A DNA stretch of 64,000 nt, taken from a virus. Under the pieces are notes generated by a model. That model did not search any database. It saw only the letters and a program-made list of their open reading frames with translations, and was not told the DNA's origin. Where the stretch lies: positions 1 to 64,000 of the IMG/VR virus record IMGVR_UViG_3300030060_008074; one strand, 5' to 3'. A program made the translations under genes and the position numbers. Shown here piece by piece: positions 27,995 to 38,032 of this stretch (positions are counted from its first letter, which is position 1; the number at the start of each line of letters is the position of its first letter).

Positions 27995-28751
27995 ACAATT
28001 CCCTATAAGTTTGTTCCATCCATTGTTTAGTATCTCCCATATTTGCTGGTATAGCATTGAAGTGATACACCCATCCAGCCTTTATATACAACGGTAATTT
28101 TGACCAGTTTTTGTATCCCAGGGTAAATAAATTTTTTCTAGGCATATCTTGTAAATTATAGCAGCCCGGTAATAACTTGACTTCTACTCCAAACTTTTTT
28201 ACAAAATAATTTAGGGGAGTTTGGTCGTTTCCAACATAGAAACTTTTTGCATGTATAAATTTATCTACATTTTCTTCATAATAATTTATCACCTTATCAA
28301 AAAATTCTCTGTGAGACTTGTTTACAACTATAAATCCACTATTAAAATATTCCCACGTTTTTATTTTAGGTATTTCTGGAAATATATAATCTCCATAATT
28401 TTCTATACTTCTAGTTACCCACTCATAACATCCATCGTTCATTACAGCGCAAAACTTATTTTCTGTATCTTCGAAAAAATTAGGACAGTCTGGGTGTACT
28501 ATTGTATCGGCATCGACTATCAAAACCTGATTGTATTTTATATTGTTATCGTCAAGTAGCTGTAGAGCTAAAGATTTATGCCAATTAGCATTCATATATT
28601 CTTCAGGATACACTCTTTCTGTTAATACAAATACTTCACAATTATTTTTAATTGCCCACTTCTTCCAACTAGATACACCTAGCCTATAAGGCTCGTTTCT
28701 ACCCTTTTTGTTTTCTTCTTCTATGTTTACTATAAAAATTGTATTTTTCAT
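27987..28751 (-). CDS. Glycosyltransferase, GT8/GT34-like (GT-A)
   Basis: VDADT (DxD), YFNSGF, DQTPLN, YN, YHF. Confidence 0.8.
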   Translation of the reverse strand: MKNTIFIVNIEEENKKGRNEPYRLGVSSWKKWAIKNNCEVFVLTERVYPEEYMNANWHKSLALQLLDDNNIKYNQVLIVDADTIVHPDCPNFFEDTENKFCAVMNDGCYEWVTRSIENYGDYIFPEIPKIKTWEYFNSGFIVVNKSHREFFDKVINYYEENVDKFIHAKSFYVGNDQTPLNYFVKKFGVEVKLLPGCYNLQDMPRKNLFTLGYKNWSKLPLYIKAGWVYHFNAIPANMGDTKQWMEQTYRELYG

Positions 28752-28759
28752 ATTAGTAT

Positions 28760-28790
28760 AATATAATAAAATTTATTCAATCTGTAAAAT
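28760..28790 (-). promoter_or_regulatory. Class A promoter motif
   Basis: Minus strand ATTTTACAGATTGAATAAATTTTATTATATT. Confidence 0.6.
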
Positions 28791-28800
28791 TTTCTCAATG

Positions 28801-29568
28801 TTATTTTACAGTTGCTACTCCTGGTTTTTGAACCACTATTGTAGTGCACTCTTGAGCAAACCCTATCGCCTTTTCTATATCGTTACTTTTTATGTATTCA
28901 TAAACCAATCCTGCTAAAAAAGTATCTCCTGCTCCTGACACATCTTTAACAGGTACTTCCTTAGTTGGAAATATTTTTTCGTTATATATACAACCATTTT
29001 TACCTTTAGTTATTATCAACTTTTCCTTTAACTTTGGATATTTAGGTATTCTTTCAAAATTCTTTTCGTGCTCTGAATTATTGATTTTAATAAAATCTAT
29101 ATCATTACACCATTCACCTAAAAACTTTTTAGTATCTAGAAATACTGGACAACTAGCCATTTCTGCTATTTGTTCTATATCGTATGTTTGAAGAAACCCT
29201 TTACAATAATCTGATACAATTATTGCGTCGTATTTATCAGCAGTTTTCATTATGTGATGAGGCATTGCTTTTCCTGTACTTGCTAGTGATTGTATTGGTT
29301 TACACCTATCATTTTCATCAACACGCAATACCATTTGATTATATCTTTCATCAACATATCTAATCTTTTTAATAGGGTCTTCGTTTGTAATTAAATCAAC
29401 TTCAGCTCCCAAGGCTCTTAAATTTGACGCTACATTTCCTGCCATTCCTGGATTACCTACTTCTTTATTAGGCTTTATTACTGGAACAGGGGCCTCTGGA
29501 GCTATTCTACTTATATCGCCATAGATAAAAATATCCTCACAACTATCTCCAATAACTAATATTTTCAT
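28801..29568 (-). CDS. Heptose-7-phosphate kinase (RfaE/HldE domain I, PfkB family)
   Basis: LVIGD..D..IYG...RIAPEAPVPV, SDYCKG, DVSGAGDTF. Confidence 0.85.
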   Translation of the reverse strand: MKILVIGDSCEDIFIYGDISRIAPEAPVPVIKPNKEVGNPGMAGNVASNLRALGAEVDLITNEDPIKKIRYVDERYNQMVLRVDENDRCKPIQSLASTGKAMPHHIMKTADKYDAIIVSDYCKGFLQTYDIEQIAEMASCPVFLDTKKFLGEWCNDIDFIKINNSEHEKNFERIPKYPKLKEKLIITKGKNGCIYNEKIFPTKEVPVKDVSGAGDTFLAGLVYEYIKSNDIEKAIGFAQECTTIVVQKPGVATVK

Positions 29569-30098
29569 AAAACCTCTTCTTCAAATTTTAATATTCCATC
29601 AGCTAAATTTTTTTCCCAATCGCTTGGAGAATCATCATCTGCATTATCACTTATGTATTTATATGATACAAATGGTACATTAAATACGTAACAAACCTTT
29701 GCTAATGCGTATGCCTCCATGTCAAAAACGTCTATAATATCAAGTTCTTTATTAACATCCTGTACGAAATTGTCTCCTGTTCCGCAAGTTAGTCCTTCCC
29801 CGTAGTCTATTATCATAGGAACATCTGTTTCATAAGCAGTTTCTCCTAGCTTAAAACCTAAGGCTGTTTTATCCATATCTCTTTGTACAAATTTTGTACA
29901 CTTTACCAATTCTCCTACTGGAATATTTCTACTCCCTGCAGTTCCATAATTTATTACTTCTTTAACATCTTTTGTAGTTAAGAAATTAGTTAAAGCCATT
30001 GTTGCGTTTACTTTTCCTACTCCTGTGTGTAATAAATCGTAATTACCTGAACCATTAGAAGTTTCCATCTTTAATGCTGATACTACTAATCTATCCAT
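29565..30098 (-). CDS. mtnN: MTA/SAH nucleosidase
   Basis: TGVGKVNA, INYGTAG, GTGDNFV, DMEAYA, KYISDNAD. Confidence 0.85.
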   Translation of the reverse strand: MDRLVVSALKMETSNGSGNYDLLHTGVGKVNATMALTNFLTTKDVKEVINYGTAGSRNIPVGELVKCTKFVQRDMDKTALGFKLGETAYETDVPMIIDYGEGLTCGTGDNFVQDVNKELDIIDVFDMEAYALAKVCYVFNVPFVSYKYISDNADDDSPSDWEKNLADGILKFEEEVL

Positions 30099-30480
30099 CT
30101 AAAGTATCTCCCTTCCATATTCTATATGAATCTTCATCAAAGTGTTGAGTAGAAACTTCAAACACCGTTGCATCTGTTATTGCTTCTAATTGGTGAGGTT
30201 GACCTGGAGGTACTCTCACAGCATCGCCTGGATATAAAGTTTGACTGTTAGTTTCAGCTTTTTCTGTATCAATCCATGTGTATAGGAATTTACCCTCCTG
30301 TACATACCATGTTTCATCTTTAATCATATGATAGTGCATTGAAAATTTACGTCCTTTCTTAAATACTAATAATTTACCGCAATACAGTTCGTTGTTTTCA
30401 AATATAATTTCATGTCCCCAACCTTTTTCTACTCTAGATTCTGAACATTCTTTTGCATTAAATATTATCGGTTTTTCCAT
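30091..30480 (-). CDS. Cupin (mannose-6-phosphate isomerase / D-lyxose isomerase-like)
   Basis: VEKGWGHE, SMHYHMIKDETWYV, PGQPH, EVST. Confidence 0.8.
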   Translation of the reverse strand: MEKPIIFNAKECSESRVEKGWGHEIIFENNELYCGKLLVFKKGRKFSMHYHMIKDETWYVQEGKFLYTWIDTEKAETNSQTLYPGDAVRVPPGQPHQLEAITDATVFEVSTQHFDEDSYRIWKGDTLDG

Positions 30481-30866
30481 TCTAATATCTCAGTTGTAGA
30501 ATATCTATCTATCCTATTAAAAAATTTAAGTTCTTTGGTGTATTCTTCTCCAATAACTGTTTTACCTTTCCAATCTGAACCTATTACCATTATATCTGGA
30601 GAAATCTTTTTTATTAGTTGCTCTAGCTCATGGGTTGAATCAAAAACATGGGTACTGTCTACATATGATATTGAGTTAACCATGAATCTTCTATCATCTT
30701 CACTAAAAACAGGTCTAGTTGGTCCTTTATCTTTATTTACTTTGTGATCTGAATCTATGCCTACATGAAGTTTACCACCTAAAGATTTAGCATACCTAAA
30801 TAATTCAACGTGTCCTCTATGAAGTACATCAAAACATCCATTTGTCCAAATTATTTTTTGTTCCAT
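30465..30866 (-). CDS. Sugar-phosphate adenylyl/cytidylyltransferase (RfaE/HldE domain II-like)
   Basis: TNGCFDVLHRGH (HxGH), KGPTRP, IGSDW, YSTT. Confidence 0.85.
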   Translation of the reverse strand: MEQKIIWTNGCFDVLHRGHVELFRYAKSLGGKLHVGIDSDHKVNKDKGPTRPVFSEDDRRFMVNSISYVDSTHVFDSTHELEQLIKKISPDIMVIGSDWKGKTVIGEEYTKELKFFNRIDRYSTTEILEWKNR

Positions 30867-31243
30867 GATATTTCCCAATCCTTAAAATCAGCTGCTAAAC
30901 AATCTATTTTGTAATCTTTTCTACCGCCTACCTTTTCTTGAATCATGTTTTTAGCAGTGTTTCTTATTCCATTTAATCCGTGAGTAAGTTCTAAATTATT
31001 TCCGTCCTTAATACCTTTTCTATAATTAGATTCATTGTGCCAAATATGTAAGTTCATCTGTGACAAAACAACTACTGCTCTAATTAGTTCAGCATCTACT
31101 CCTTCTAAATTTATATCGTGTAATATGTCCTGTATTTCTTTTGCATATTCTTCTTTATGCTCAGGAATAAATACCTCTTTTAGTTGGGCAATAGATAATC
31201 TATCTATAAGCTCAGATAGTGTTGGTAAATATTTTCTTTCCAT
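30851..31243 (-). CDS. Helical hypothetical protein (DUF4254-like; start revised)
   Basis: TLSELIDRLSIAQLK and NLHIWHNE..R; TAATG overlap with the upstream stop. Confidence 0.5.
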   Translation of the reverse strand: MERKYLPTLSELIDRLSIAQLKEVFIPEHKEEYAKEIQDILHDINLEGVDAELIRAVVVLSQMNLHIWHNESNYRKGIKDGNNLELTHGLNGIRNTAKNMIQEKVGGRKDYKIDCLAADFKDWEISWNKK

Positions 31244-32316
31244 TATCTTCTCAAAAATTTTCTTCCGGAGCCTATTCTGTTTCTCCAATAAGTTAATAAA
31301 TCGTCCATAGTTTTTTCAAATCTTATTTCAGGCTTCCATCCAGTATGTCTTGTAAATTTATCAGTGTTTGGTACCTGTAAATCTGCATCTATAGGCCTAA
31401 GTCTGGATTTATCTGTAACTACCTCTATATTTTCAACTGTTGACTTGCTCAACAGGTAATCTAACATTTCCTTTATAGAGCAAGAATAAGAACCACCTAT
31501 ATTATAGTACTCTCCTCCTTTAGGGTTAACAGTAACTAACATGTGGTATGCTCTAACTGCATCTCTAACGTCAGACCAGGTTCTTAAAGAATCCAAGTTT
31601 CCAACATGTAATTTTGGTTCAATTAACCCAGCTTCTATCATGGCAATTTGTTTAGCAAAAGTAGATTCAGCAAATACATCTCCTCTTCTTGGCCCTGTAT
31701 GTGTAAACATTCTAGTTGTCATTATAGTCATATCATAAGCTTCTGCATAATATCTACCAACTAGGTCTGTTCCAACTTTAGATATTGCATAAGGAGATGC
31801 AGGATGAAATTTACATTCTTCATCTATTGGTATAAACTCTTTTGGTACTCTACCAAATACTTCTGATGATGCACAAACATGTATAACTGGATTATATTTA
31901 GATTTATGAATAGTATCTAATAATTTAGCAGTACCTATAATGTTTGTATCTAGGGTTTCAAATGGAGCATCAAAACTTGTTTGTGGATATGATTGAGCTG
32001 CTAAATGGAATACAAAATCAGGTCTTGATTTACCTATTGCAGTATGTAGAGATGCTATGTCATTCAAATCTCCATATATCAATTGTATCCTGTCTTGATT
32101 ATTTATTTCATCTGACAGGTGCTCTATATTTTCTAAAGAATCATTCCATCTACAAAAACCATATATGTCCCAATCAGTATTTTTTAGCAAGAAATCTGCC
32201 ATATGTGAGCCAACCATTCCAGTTATTCCTGTTATTAAAACTCTTTCTCTTCTCACATGCATTTCACCTACGTCTATAACCTCCATACCAGATTCTTCTG
32301 GACTAATTATTTTCAT
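31243..32316 (-). CDS. gmd: GDP-mannose 4,6-dehydratase-like SDR
   Basis: ITGITGMVGSH, HLAAQS, SSEVFG, SPYAISK, F.HTGPRRG, GNLDS.R...DVRD. Confidence 0.8.
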   Translation of the reverse strand: MKIISPEESGMEVIDVGEMHVRRERVLITGITGMVGSHMADFLLKNTDWDIYGFCRWNDSLENIEHLSDEINNQDRIQLIYGDLNDIASLHTAIGKSRPDFVFHLAAQSYPQTSFDAPFETLDTNIIGTAKLLDTIHKSKYNPVIHVCASSEVFGRVPKEFIPIDEECKFHPASPYAISKVGTDLVGRYYAEAYDMTIMTTRMFTHTGPRRGDVFAESTFAKQIAMIEAGLIEPKLHVGNLDSLRTWSDVRDAVRAYHMLVTVNPKGGEYYNIGGSYSCSIKEMLDYLLSKSTVENIEVVTDKSRLRPIDADLQVPNTDKFTRHTGWKPEIRFEKTMDDLLTYWRNRIGSGRKFLRR

Positions 32317-33281
32317 GATATAAAATCCTTAATCTTACTATGAATATCATCTACAGAAAGTCCATTATTATCTAGATGGTAATCTCTACTTCCGTTTTCA
32401 AAAATGTATCTCTCAGGCAAACCTATTCTTAAAATTGGTTTTTGAACATTTTCATCAGCTAAAGCTTCACAAACTGCTGAACCAAATCCTCCTGAAAGGG
32501 TTTGTTCTTCTAGTGTCACAACATAATCGTATCCAGAAAGATTTCTTGCTATCAATTCTGAGTCTAGCGGCTTTATTTTCCATAAATCATATAGAGTTAT
32601 TTCAACGCCTCCATCCTCTATAAACTTATCCCAAACCTTTCCACCTCTACCTAGCATGTAACCATAAGAAAGTAATGCAACTTTTGGCATAGTAGATTGA
32701 GGATTATCACTTAATCCAGGTTTTACAGGGTACATTCCTGCCTCTACAAAATTTGTTGAAGCGTTTGATAAATTGTAGCATCCTTCAAATTCTTCAGCAT
32801 ACTTCCTTTCTAGTCTTATGTATCTTACCTTTGGGTCATTGTATGTTAAATGTACTAAAGACTTTGCCATCTCATTATTTGTTGGAGAGTAAATCTCTAT
32901 TCCTAAAAGAGAACGCATATATGCTATATCGTCATTTGTTTCATGAGCTGGTCCTGCTGGTGCATAACCTAATGCTACTCCATTACCTAAAACAGTTATT
33001 GGATTATTTGCCATACAACAGGAATATCTTATTTGTTCAAAGCATCTAGCTGCCCATGAAGCCATGAAATAAACATAAGGCTTTTTTCCTTCTGCTGCTA
33101 ATCCTGCAGCAAAATTTATTGCGTGTTGTTCAGAAATACCTGCAGACATGAACTGATCTGGTAAATCACTTCTCCATCTGTCTAGGGCTGGTGCTCCCAT
33201 ATCAACTGAAATTAAATATACGTCTTTGTCGTTTTTAGCTATTTCAAATAGCTCTGCTATAAATGTGTCTCTTTGTGTCAT
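32313..33281 (-). CDS. Transketolase-like, C-terminal subunit
   Basis: GISEQHAINFAAGLA, R.FEQIR, GPAH, EEQ...GGFGS. Confidence 0.85.
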   Translation of the reverse strand: MTQRDTFIAELFEIAKNDKDVYLISVDMGAPALDRWRSDLPDQFMSAGISEQHAINFAAGLAAEGKKPYVYFMASWAARCFEQIRYSCCMANNPITVLGNGVALGYAPAGPAHETNDDIAYMRSLLGIEIYSPTNNEMAKSLVHLTYNDPKVRYIRLERKYAEEFEGCYNLSNASTNFVEAGMYPVKPGLSDNPQSTMPKVALLSYGYMLGRGGKVWDKFIEDGGVEITLYDLWKIKPLDSELIARNLSGYDYVVTLEEQTLSGGFGSAVCEALADENVQKPILRIGLPERYIFENGSRDYHLDNNGLSVDDIHSKIKDFIS

Positions 33282-34048
33282 GATAAATCCTCCAATCCTT
33301 GTTTAATGTCTTCGTCACTACTAGGTACAATTGTATGGTATTTCCATTTTCCTTCCATATAACTAACACCCTTTCCTTTTATTGTATTTGCTAATACTAC
33401 CTGTACTCCACTGTCTTCAGAGAAAACCTCTCTTAATTCATCGAAACTATGACCATCTACAACCTTTACGTTAGGTACAAAACCTTCAAATTTTTCTTTT
33501 AATGGCTCTAATTTTAGTAACTTTTCAGTTTCACCAATAGTTCCCATTCCATTTCTATCAACTATTATTTTTAGGTTAGTTAAATTATGGTGGGTTATTG
33601 AAATCAAACTTTCCCATACTGAACCTTCATATAACTCTGCATCACCTAGTATTACATAAACATCTTTGTCTCTATTTGCAAATGCTACTCCAGACGCATA
33701 ACCAATACCATTTCCTAAAGAACCTCCTACAAAATGGCAGCCTGGTATTGAACCATCTGAATGTAGTCTCAATATTCCTCCAACCCTACAATATTTATCA
33801 AGCTCATCCTTTGGAAAGAAGTCGAAATCTGCTAGTATTGGATATATTGATGGAGAGCCATGGGCTTTTCCAAAAATAACAATATCTTTTTCATGATTAA
33901 ACGTTGTATCCTCATCATAGAATAACGATACTAAAATATCTACTGGAGATAAAGAGCTATGTAAATGTCCTATCCCATCTCTTGTTTTAATTTCAAAAAC
34001 AGTTTTTCTAACTGATTTTGCTATTTTTTCTAATTCTTTATTTTTCAT
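33278..34048 (-). CDS. Transketolase-like, N-terminal TPP-binding subunit
   Basis: GH..SSLS, KAH, GSLGNG, GDAEL.EGSVWE, DRN, DGH, TIKGKG. Confidence 0.9.
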   Translation of the reverse strand: MKNKELEKIAKSVRKTVFEIKTRDGIGHLHSSLSPVDILVSLFYDEDTTFNHEKDIVIFGKAHGSPSIYPILADFDFFPKDELDKYCRVGGILRLHSDGSIPGCHFVGGSLGNGIGYASGVAFANRDKDVYVILGDAELYEGSVWESLISITHHNLTNLKIIVDRNGMGTIGETEKLLKLEPLKEKFEGFVPNVKVVDGHSFDELREVFSEDSGVQVVLANTIKGKGVSYMEGKWKYHTIVPSSDEDIKQGLEDLS

Positions 34049-35595
34049 AACTTATCTCCTAATATTTTTCTCTTTAATTTAAGTTTACTTTGTTCAATTA
34101 TATTATCTACTGCTACCTGTCCATATCTTTTTTTAACCCTTTCTAGGAACGGAGGATATGCATGATATTTATCGAAAGCCTCATCTCTAAATTTTAACAC
34201 TTCGGCTGGAGTGCAGTATTTTGTTGGCATTGGTTTAGTCGTGTACGCGTGGAAAGAATAACCAGCATAATCCTCTGGTAAGTCGTATCCAGCCTCAACT
34301 GCATCTTTATATAATTTACTTCCAGGTAGTGGCATCACGGCGTACGCATTCCATGCAACTGTACATAATTCTTCGCTTAAATCATATGTTTTTTGCATGG
34401 TTTCTATATTATCTGTAGGTAATCCAAATAGATAATTCGCCATTATTTCTATGTCTGCATCATGTACCTGTTGTACAACGTTTCTAATATCTACATCTTC
34501 AAATCTTCCTTTAGAAACCTCAAGCCTAACGTCTTTATCACCGCTTTCTATTCCTAAACAAAGCCATTTAATTCCTGCCTTTCTAACTAAATCTAGTATT
34601 TCAGGTCTTCTTACAGTGTCTATTCTAGAATAAGCCCACATTCTTAATTTGTCGTCTTTATTTCTTTCAGCCAACATTTCACAAAGTGGCTTATAGTACT
34701 TTGGAGCCAATAAAAACATTTCATCACTTATTCTTATCGTTTCTACCCCCATATCTATTACCTTGTCAAATTCTTTTATGATAAATTCAGGGGACCAATA
34801 TCTCATCGTATTATAGTTTGATGCAACTCCTATTTCGTCTTTATCATCTCTATTAAGAATGTTAATCATACAAAATTCACACTTAAATCTACATCCTAGT
34901 GAAGTGTATATTGCAGCGTAAGGACTTCTTTTTTCATGGTCATATTCTCCATGCCATAATGGAGACCTATATAAATCAAAAGGTTTTTTATCGTATGGCA
35001 ACAAATCCCAAGCATAACCTGGTAAATCTTCATCCATCCTACTTTGTGGAACTATTTTTTCAGGGTCTGTCAATATCGATTTTCCATCCTTTCTAAACCC
35101 TATACCCTTTATATGTTCTAATTTTGTTATGTCACTTAAATCTTCTTTTAATATATTCCATAGCGCATAAACTGCCTCATTGGTAAAAATAAAATCTAGA
35201 AAAGGTTCATTTTCCAAAACCTCGTATGGTAAAGCTTGAACATGAGAACCTGCAACAGAAATAGGAATAGTTACCCCTGCCTTCTTTATATTTTCAGCTA
35301 ATAAAACTGTACCAGACATTTGAGTAGTTCCTGAATTACAATTTTCACCGTAAACTACAAAACATATTAGTTTTGGATTGAGTTCCTTTATTCTATTTAT
35401 TGCCTGTTCGTGATTCATCCTTTCAGCTAATACATCTAGTATGGCAACATTGTATCCCTGTTTTCTACATGATTGTGCAAGTAGTAGAGCCCATGTTGGT
35501 GTACCTATACCAGAATATTTATCTGCAAGGCATTGATAAACATGTTTAGCACTACCAGGACTAATAAATAATACGTCTAATTTATTTTCTTCCAT
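34045..35595 (-). CDS. Cobalamin-dependent radical SAM enzyme (class B methyltransferase-like)
   Basis: N-terminal B12-binding region (GSHVQALP), SLGCRFKCEFC (CxxxCxxC), GIESG, PLPGS. Confidence 0.9.
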   Translation of the reverse strand: MEENKLDVLFISPGSAKHVYQCLADKYSGIGTPTWALLLAQSCRKQGYNVAILDVLAERMNHEQAINRIKELNPKLICFVVYGENCNSGTTQMSGTVLLAENIKKAGVTIPISVAGSHVQALPYEVLENEPFLDFIFTNEAVYALWNILKEDLSDITKLEHIKGIGFRKDGKSILTDPEKIVPQSRMDEDLPGYAWDLLPYDKKPFDLYRSPLWHGEYDHEKRSPYAAIYTSLGCRFKCEFCMINILNRDDKDEIGVASNYNTMRYWSPEFIIKEFDKVIDMGVETIRISDEMFLLAPKYYKPLCEMLAERNKDDKLRMWAYSRIDTVRRPEILDLVRKAGIKWLCLGIESGDKDVRLEVSKGRFEDVDIRNVVQQVHDADIEIMANYLFGLPTDNIETMQKTYDLSEELCTVAWNAYAVMPLPGSKLYKDAVEAGYDLPEDYAGYSFHAYTTKPMPTKYCTPAEVLKFRDEAFDKYHAYPPFLERVKKRYGQVAVDNIIEQSKLKLKRKILGDKL

Positions 35596-35610
35596 AATTT
35601 TCCTCTTTGT

Positions 35611-36123
35611 TTATGAATACATTCCTTTTGTATCTCTAACAGACAATATAGGATTTTTTATTGGCCACCAAAAGTTCCAATTTGGATCGTCCCATTTTAT
35701 TGTGAATTGCCTACCATCTACGAAGTGTGTATCTTGTTTGTAATAGTATATAGTATTATCCTCTAAAGCTAGCATAGAATTACCTATTCCTGCTGGAACA
35801 TATAGTTGATTCATATTAGAAGAACTTAAAGTAAAAGCCTGCCATTGTTTATAGGTTGGAGAATCCTTCCTATTATCTGCAAGTATAGAATAAACTGAAC
35901 CATTCAATACTGAAACTAATTTTGTTGTTTTATCATCTCCGTGTAAACCTCTCAAAACATTTTTCTTAGACACGGATATATCATCTTGAATAAACTTAGT
36001 ATTGCTACAAGCTTGTTTATGATTTTCGCTATCATATAATTCTAGATAAGTACCCCTATGGTCTTCAAAATTATCTAATACTATTCTTTTTACGCCATGT
36101 AATTTTGTATCATAACATTTCAA
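35611..36123 (-). CDS. rmlC: dTDP-4-dehydrorhamnose 3,5-epimerase family
   Basis: FEDHRG, QDDISVSKKNVLRGLH, D.RKDSPTY.QW, WDDP...WP..NPILS.RD. Confidence 0.85.
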   Translation of the reverse strand: MKCYDTKLHGVKRIVLDNFEDHRGTYLELYDSENHKQACSNTKFIQDDISVSKKNVLRGLHGDDKTTKLVSVLNGSVYSILADNRKDSPTYKQWQAFTLSSSNMNQLYVPAGIGNSMLALEDNTIYYYKQDTHFVDGRQFTIKWDDPNWNFWWPIKNPILSVRDTKGMYS

Positions 36124-37067
36124 TTTTTTTCTCCTTCGTAATAACTTATTGTCTTTGGTCCTCTATAAATATCTTGGCCAAATATCTTTTTTTGAACTGA
36201 CTCATTATATTCATGTTTATGTTGGCAATTTCTAGAAAAGGCCTTTCTTATTTTATCTTCTCCATTATGGGCTCCCCATGGCCAATTCCATTTTTTTGCG
36301 AATCTTTTTTTACCTTCTTCAAAACCTATTCCAGACATACTACTATATCCAGTAAATTTTCTCTTTCCACCTATGTCATGGATATATGTCAAATTTGGAA
36401 AACAAACATTATATATTCCATTCAACATGAATTGGTGGCTAATATCATCGTCAGCATGATTAAGGTGGTAGCCTTTATCTATTTTTATATGCTCTTTCAT
36501 TAGTTTTATATTGTATCCTTTTGCCCAATCTAGTGGAGACTCTACTACAAAATAATCTTTTGACTTGTACTCTTCATATTTTGGAAGGTTAACGTACCAG
36601 CCACCGTGCTTTGATATAATATTTTTCTCTAAGCATCCTCTTCCAAATCTACCGTTTTTATCAGAGTCTGCAAAGCCAAAGCTTCCAACCTTTTCCAATA
36701 AAGTGTCTTCATGCTTAGATAATATATCATCTAGTTTATTCCAAAAGTCTTTAGTCTTAGGAAATGCATCATCGTGTACTCTAATAATCCAGTCAAAGTC
36801 GTGGTTATTTTTTTCTAGCCAATCTATTGCTTCAAACATCAGCTCATGGTGTGTTAGTCCTGAAACACTTTCTTCGTTCATCCAATGAATTCCATATTTA
36901 GCACAAACCTCTTTAGCCTTGTCTAACTGTTTTTTGTCAGAACCTACGTCATGGTTAATCATTAAAACATCCTTAAAAGAAACAGAAGAATTCTTAAATA
37001 CCATGTTTTCAAATAACTGATAATGATTTTTTGTTTGAAAATATATACAATACTTTCTATTATTCAT
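36120..37067 (-). CDS. Putative GT2-like glycosyltransferase
   Basis: D.GS, HDDA (DxD-like), ADDDI; context. Confidence 0.55.
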   Translation of the reverse strand: MNNRKYCIYFQTKNHYQLFENMVFKNSSVSFKDVLMINHDVGSDKKQLDKAKEVCAKYGIHWMNEESVSGLTHHELMFEAIDWLEKNNHDFDWIIRVHDDAFPKTKDFWNKLDDILSKHEDTLLEKVGSFGFADSDKNGRFGRGCLEKNIISKHGGWYVNLPKYEEYKSKDYFVVESPLDWAKGYNIKLMKEHIKIDKGYHLNHADDDISHQFMLNGIYNVCFPNLTYIHDIGGKRKFTGYSSMSGIGFEEGKKRFAKKWNWPWGAHNGEDKIRKAFSRNCQHKHEYNESVQKKIFGQDIYRGPKTISYYEGEKN

Positions 37068-37360
37068 TATATTTCCTCTATCCTCTTAGTTTTATCGCAA
37101 ATGAGTAAATCATAATCTGGCTTTTCACCTACGCTCAATTCATGGTATTGACATCCCCATTCATCTAATTGATTTGCAGTTGTCTCTAACCAATCCAATC
37201 CTGTTACTGCACCTCTTGCTGTCCAATACTTAATATAATGTCCTTTATCATATAGTTTATTTATCTTAGCTATATTTTCCATGTTAGGAATGGCATCTGG
37301 ATAATGCCTTTCTCCTTCATAAAAACAAATTGTTTCGTCTATGTCTACGTATATCTTCAT
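37067..37360 (-). CDS. Minimal HAD phosphatase (capsule-biosynthesis phosphatase type)
   Basis: VDIDETI, WTARG, KP, ICDK. Confidence 0.8.
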   Translation of the reverse strand: MKIYVDIDETICFYEGERHYPDAIPNMENIAKINKLYDKGHYIKYWTARGAVTGLDWLETTANQLDEWGCQYHELSVGEKPDYDLLICDKTKRIEEI

Positions 37361-37367
37361 ATTATTT

Positions 37368-37398
37368 AATATAACAAATTTATTTCAATCTGTAAAAC
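37368..37398 (-). promoter_or_regulatory. Class A promoter motif
   Basis: Minus strand GTTTTACAGATTGAAATAAATTTGTTATATT. Confidence 0.55.
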
Positions 37399-38032
37399 TT
37401 TTTATGTAATTTTTTAATCTTTTTAAGTCTTCTTTATCATCTATATCAACAGAATCCTCTGAAGCCATTTCAACAAAACCAACTTTTCCAGAATAAAGAG
37501 AATTAGTTTTGATAAATGATTCTGTTTTTGTTATATAGAAAGCTCCATTTTCCTTATACCATGGTAACATATCTTGAGTCCTAGGCCGAGAACCCGGTAT
37601 AAAATTAACAGGTTCTCCGTAACTATCCCAATAAAATCCTTTTTCATTTGTGACAGATATTACAGAATCAAACCTATTCATCATTTCTATACCTTCACTA
37701 ATGTGTTTATTCGTTACCAAAGGAGTAGTTGCCTGCATTACAACTATTATTTCAGTTTTTTCTTCATCTAAAAAATGTTTTACGGCCTCTTCTGTTTTTG
37801 ATGTATCTGTGCTTATGTTTTCGGGTCTTTCAACAACCATTGCACCATATTCCTTTGCTACAGCTGATATTTTTTTACTATCTGTACTGACATACACCTC
37901 ATCAGTTAATTTTTTAGCAGTTTCTATTGAATAGGCCAATAAAGGTTTTCCATTCACATCGATAATATTTTTGTTTGGTATTCTTTTTGAACCACCCCTT
38001 GCAGGTATCAATATCTTAAAATTGCATTTCAT
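37385..38032 (-). CDS. neuA: Acylneuraminate (CMP-sialic acid) cytidylyltransferase (start revised)
   Basis: IPARGGSKRIPNKN, VSTD, QATTP, RPRTQD, ENGAFY, SVDID; GGAGG SD before ATG 38032. Confidence 0.9.
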   Translation of the reverse strand: MKCNFKILIPARGGSKRIPNKNIIDVNGKPLLAYSIETAKKLTDEVYVSTDSKKISAVAKEYGAMVVERPENISTDTSKTEEAVKHFLDEEKTEIIVVMQATTPLVTNKHISEGIEMMNRFDSVISVTNEKGFYWDSYGEPVNFIPGSRPRTQDMLPWYKENGAFYITKTESFIKTNSLYSGKVGFVEMASEDSVDIDDKEDLKRLKNYIKSFTD

